From assembly GCA_001179505.1 (NCBI GenBank), contig CDMY01000636.1:1-37885 (forward strand): 37,885 bases of DNA, in the 5' to 3' direction. The translations under genes and the position numbers were made by a program. This document shows, one piece after another, positions 34,377 through 37,885 of this stretch. The DNA is from Vitrella brassicaformis CCMP3155. Lineage: Eukaryota > Protista > Chromerida. Every line of letters begins with the position of its first letter. Positions within the stretch are counted from its first letter, which is position 1. Below the pieces are notes generated by a model. It was not told the DNA's origin. It worked only from the letters and a program-made list of their open reading frames with translations, and made no database searches.

Positions 34377-34465
34377 TTTTGGGTGCTGCTCGGAAAAAGC
34401 GATGTTGGGTGCTGCTCGGAGGTGCCCGTCCGCGGATACTCCTCAGCCATGACCACCCTCTCTAC

Positions 34466-34886
34466 AAGGAAAGCATTCAGAGGCGCATGAACGATGACCC
34501 CTTCCATCACATCATCGTGGCGGCGTACCGCAAAGGTATTGGTGGTTCTCCAGAAGCTTGAGCAGGTCCACCTCAAGGTCCGGGCGCGTCATGCGGTCGA
34601 GCACTGCAGTCAGTCATCACAGAAACCAAGAGAGGACACACAATGACGGAGAACAAACGAGGATGCAGTGAGAACGGCCTTTCGGCGCCGCGCCCTCCCT
34701 CTTGCCCCGTCTATCCGTCTGTCCGTCCGTCTAGTGTCTGTCTGTGTACTGGCTGGCTGCATGGCTATCCATGTGTCCTCCTTACACTGCCGCAGACGCG
34801 CCATCCTGTCGTCCCTCGCCGTCGGCCACTGGCCGAAGTTGCAGGCCTCCCTAAACAGGTAGACCTCCTGGGTGTCGGTCGCCATG
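34466..34886 (-). repeat. Copy B of the same unit, tandem to copy A at a 504-bp period
   Basis: MATDTQEVYLFREACNFGQWPTARDDRMARLRQCKEDTWIAM; 2-nt deletion just upstream of the ATG relative to copy C. Confidence 0.9.
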
Positions 34887-35420
34887 CTGATGGTGCTGCT
34901 CGGGCCGACCCGCCGACAAGACCACCAAACGGCTCGCGTCCGTCACAGACGCGATCGAGTCGTCATATCCTGGGTTGGGTTCGTAGTCGTCATATCCTGG
35001 TGGCGGAGGCACATGCGAGGGCTGCATGGTTGCGATCCGCCCGAGGCTCACTCACTCAGTCAGGTACAACACCGCTGCAAAGCACCGACAGACACACAAA
35101 CACCTGTGAGACATAATATGGCGGTTTGTGCCCTCGCTGACCCGCTGCTAAGCAGCGCAACCGTGCACACAGGCGCTCACCTATCTGCTGCAGTTATGCT
35201 ATCCTCGATAAGAGTGGCACGAAGACTGACAGCCACTCGCGCGTCAGCACTTGCTCACCCGCAGCTCGCTGGCGGTGCTCTCTCAAAGAACCAGGTATCT
35301 GACGAAGTATCTGAGGCGTGTGAAGGACAGAGAAAGTGGGTTGTTTCCGTGTCTGTCATCTCTTTGTGCATCCACCAAAGTGTGTGTGCTGTACCTCTCA
35401 CCAGAGTGTCCAGGCCGGCG

Positions 35421-35528
35421 GATGGGGTGGGTGACGTGAGCAGGGGCAGCTGTGGCGTGAGAGGGACACGTGGTATGAATCCTTCACAATATAAAATGTG
35501 GACAGCGATTGGAAGCGCCTCTCCTTCT
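35421..35528. repeat. Duplicated segment shared with 37383-37496
   Basis: gatggggtgggtgacgtgagcaggggcagctgtggcgtgagagggacacgt...aatccttcacaatataaaatgtggacagcgatt...ggaagcgcctctccttct occurs in both places. Confidence 0.9.
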
Positions 35529-35839
35529 CCAAAAGGGACGTCAAGATATAAAACGTAGGCACCGATGCCGACACACCCGCCGCTGGGGGTTCTGCAGCTC
35601 GGCACGCACTTGCTGACGCACTTGCTGCAGCCGGTCCCGCACCGGGTGCTGGTAGTGCTGGGGTGAGGGGGAGGGCAGCAGCTGTGGCGGGGGTGGGAAG
35701 TTGGGCGGCCAATATCCGCTCATGGCGAAGTTGGGCGGATGGTGGAAACACGGACTGGTACACAGACAGACAGACAGACAGACAGAGATGTAGGGGCATG
35801 AACGACAGACAGCCCAGCTTGTGGTGTCTGTCGTGAGTG

Positions 35840-36430
35840 TCAATCAGTAACCCACCCCTGTGGCGGCATTCTGTGGGCGTTATGGTCAAACGGAGGCCGC
35901 GACGGCGGGGCGGCGGGTGGGGTCGGGTCGGGAGGGAGTATGTGTGCGGGGCGGGGATATGGGGGTGAGTGGTGGGGAGGGAGTATGGGGCTGGGGACGG
36001 GGTGTGGGTGGGGGTGTGGGTAGTGGGGAGGGAGGGGAGGGACGGCGGCAGCAGGGGGCTGCTGGACAGGGGCGGCTGGGGGGACCTGAGCGGCCATCAT
36101 CCATGCCGTATGGTGCGCATGTGTTTCTGCGATCGCTTGTGTCTTTGCGTGTGCAAATCCATACCGACTGTAGATCAGACGTGCTGGTCGCCCATGCTTC
36201 CGTGTAAACGATTCCATCACCTGAGCGGCCTGACGACAGACAACACACAGACAGACATCGAATGACAATGACTGCGTCAATCACAGTAAGTGCCTGCCGA
36301 TCCCTCCCGCCCTGCACACATGGTGCAGCCATGCCTACCTGCTGCTGCTGCTGCTGCCGGGCGCGCAGCTCCTCCAGCTGACGGCGCAGCTCCTGCACCT
36401 CCCTCTCGGCCGCCAGCTGCACAAGCCAGA
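35840..36430 (-). CDS. Pro/His-rich hypothetical protein (short coiled coil exon plus proline-rich exon); start uncertain
   Basis: LAAEREVQELRRQLEELRARQQQQQQ, then ..QVMESFTRKHGRPARLIYSRYGFAHAK..PPAAPVQQPP..HYPHPHPHP..PPQGWVTD*. Confidence 0.45.
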
Positions 36431-36511
36431 CAGAGAAGGCATCGAACACCAGGATACACACACATCCACTGATCAGCGTGTCTGTGGATGTCAGTCAGTA
36501 AGTCCCGGATA

Positions 36512-37018
36512 GATAGGGCTGACCAGCTTCTCGCGCTGCTCCTCAAATGGGCGGCCGCTCCTGCGATGGTACACCTCAGCCATGACCGCCCTCTCTACAA
36601 GGAAAGCATTCAGAGGCACATGAACGATGACCACTTTCATCACATCATCGTGGCGGCGTACCGCAAAGGTAGTGGTGGTTCTCCAGAAGCTTGAGCAGGT
36701 CCATCTCGAGGCTCCGGCGCGTCATGCGGCTGAGCACTGCAGTCAGTCATCACAGACGGCAAGAGAGGACACACAATGACGGAGAAGAAACGAGCATGCA
36801 GTGAGAACGGCCTTTCGGCGCCCCGCCCTCCCTCTTGCCCCGTCTGTCCGTCTGTCCGTCTGTCTGTCTGTCTGTGTGCTGGCTGGCTGCATGGCTATCC
36901 ATGTGTCCTCCTTACAGTGCCGCAGACGCGCCATCCTGCCTTTCCTCGCCGTCGGCCACTGCCCGAACTTCCGAGCGTCTCTAAACAGGTAGGCCTGCTG
37001 GGTACCGGTCGCCATGGC
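36512..37018 (-). repeat. Copy C of the same unit, possibly the intact gene
   Basis: ..SKKAIAEQHPTAMATGTQQAYLFRDARKFGQWPTARKGRMARLRHCKEDTWIAM / LSRMTRRSLEMDLLKLLENHHYL / RAVMAEVYHRRSGRPFEEQREKLVSPIYPGLTD*. Confidence 0.75.
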
Positions 37019-37357
37019 TGTTGGGTGCTGCTCAGCGATGGCCTTTTTACTTCTTGTCTGGAGGCCTCTGAGTAACACGGACAGACCAGCACAAGGAGAG
37101 AGGGGGAGAGGGGATATGGCAATCACCGAAATGAATGGATTGAGAGGGGGATGTGATGGGTGGCTTACCACGATCAGTCTGTGTCTGCGCAGGCGGGGCA
37201 GGGGGGGCTGTGCTGCTGCGGCGACCTGGTTGGCCTGACGACAGACAACACACAGACATCGAGGGACGGCCGTGTCTCTCATCTCTTGGTGCAACCATGC
37301 GTGTGTGCTGCACCTCTCACCCAAGTGTCTCAGCGGCCGCGGGGTGTCTTCCTCGTC

Positions 37358-37867
37358 CTACTGACGGCTGGTCAGCCGCTTGGATGGGGTGGGTGACGTG
37401 AGCAGGGGCAGCTGTGGCGTGAGAGGGACACGTACTAATCCTTCACAATATAAAATGTGGACAGCGATTCTCTGGCGGGGAAGCGCCTCTCCTTCTTGCC
37501 ACTGGGGGCGGGTGCCGATGGGCGTGTGAGGGGTCTCACTGCCAAGAGGGGGGAAGAGGATGCTTGTGTCCTTGCCTTTGTCTTTGCCGACGGCTGATTG
37601 GGGGTGGTGTCGGGGTGAGAGGCGCTCCGGCACTGGTCCCTGCCCGCTGTCTTCCTCACACGTAAGAGCGAACACCTGCCGGCGGATCTCGTTGAGCACC
37701 TGCCCCATCAGCGCCACCTGAACCCCCGGCACCGCCACCTTTGCCCTTGATCGACACAACACACCCGTCTGCACCGCCGTTGCCGCCGCACCCTCCCTCT
37801 TGACCTCTTGCTCGCCGGCCTTCTGCTGCTTGGGGGGCCGCTTGTGCTCCATGTCCGCCTCACGCAC
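37358..37867 (-). CDS. Hypothetical protein fragment at the window edge
   Basis: ORF MREADMEHKRPPKQQKAGEQEVKRE..VALMGQVLNEIRRQVFAL..; probable internal intron; no family recognised. Confidence 0.35.
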   Translation of the reverse strand: MREADMEHKRPPKQQKAGEQEVKREGAAATAVQTGVLCRSRAKVAVPGVQVALMGQVLNEIRRQVFALTCEEDSGQGPVPERLSPRHHPQSAVGKDKGKDTSILFPPLGSETPHTPIGTRPQWQEGEALPRQRIAVHILYCEGLVRVPLTPQLPLLTSPTPSKRLTSRQ

Positions 37868-37885
37868 ACATCCCTCACAGGCCCC

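Noticed and set aside
1040-36260. Abundant (GT)n, (CA)n, (GACA)n and (CCAT)n tracts as a special system
   Set aside because: They sit almost entirely in introns throughout the window and appear to be background genome style.
33876-37018. Repeats as a CRISPR array or LTR pair
   Set aside because: Units are over 400 bp, contain spliceosomal introns and coding exons, and show no spacers, TG..CA ends, PBS or TSD.
1-37885. rRNA, tRNA, snRNA or transposase/reverse-transcriptase genes
   Set aside because: No recognisable cloverleaf, conserved rRNA segment or RT/DDE/Rep-helicase motifs seen by eye; a tRNAscan/Infernal/Dfam run would be needed to exclude them formally.

Overview
Intron-rich, GC-rich eukaryotic DNA whose short introns are full of (GT)n/(CA)n/(GACA)n microsatellites. 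This style and the gene content suggest an alveolate, probably a chromerid such as Vitrella (inference only). Splicing exons by hand (GT-AG, phase-checked) gives: a two-TSR-domain type I membrane protein, SmD2, a secreted hypothetical protein, SEC11, a NIMA/NEK kinase with four C-terminal EF-hand-like loops, a lineage-specific repeat-family gene, a decayed LAMMER/CLK kinase fragment, two diverged and damaged copies of an RRM+RCC1 gene flanking a 300-N gap, eIF2D, an intronless TM-coiled-coil-TM ORF, and a terminal region of tandemly duplicated small gene units with conserved motifs and hairpins. The standout is a minus-strand gene (about 24807-28644) in which a complete CDK-like, non-RD kinase domain is joined in frame, through a clean 82-nt intron, to a full two-fold cyclin domain: an apparent single-chain CDK-cyclin fusion. 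All gene models are manual and unverified by transcripts or database searches.
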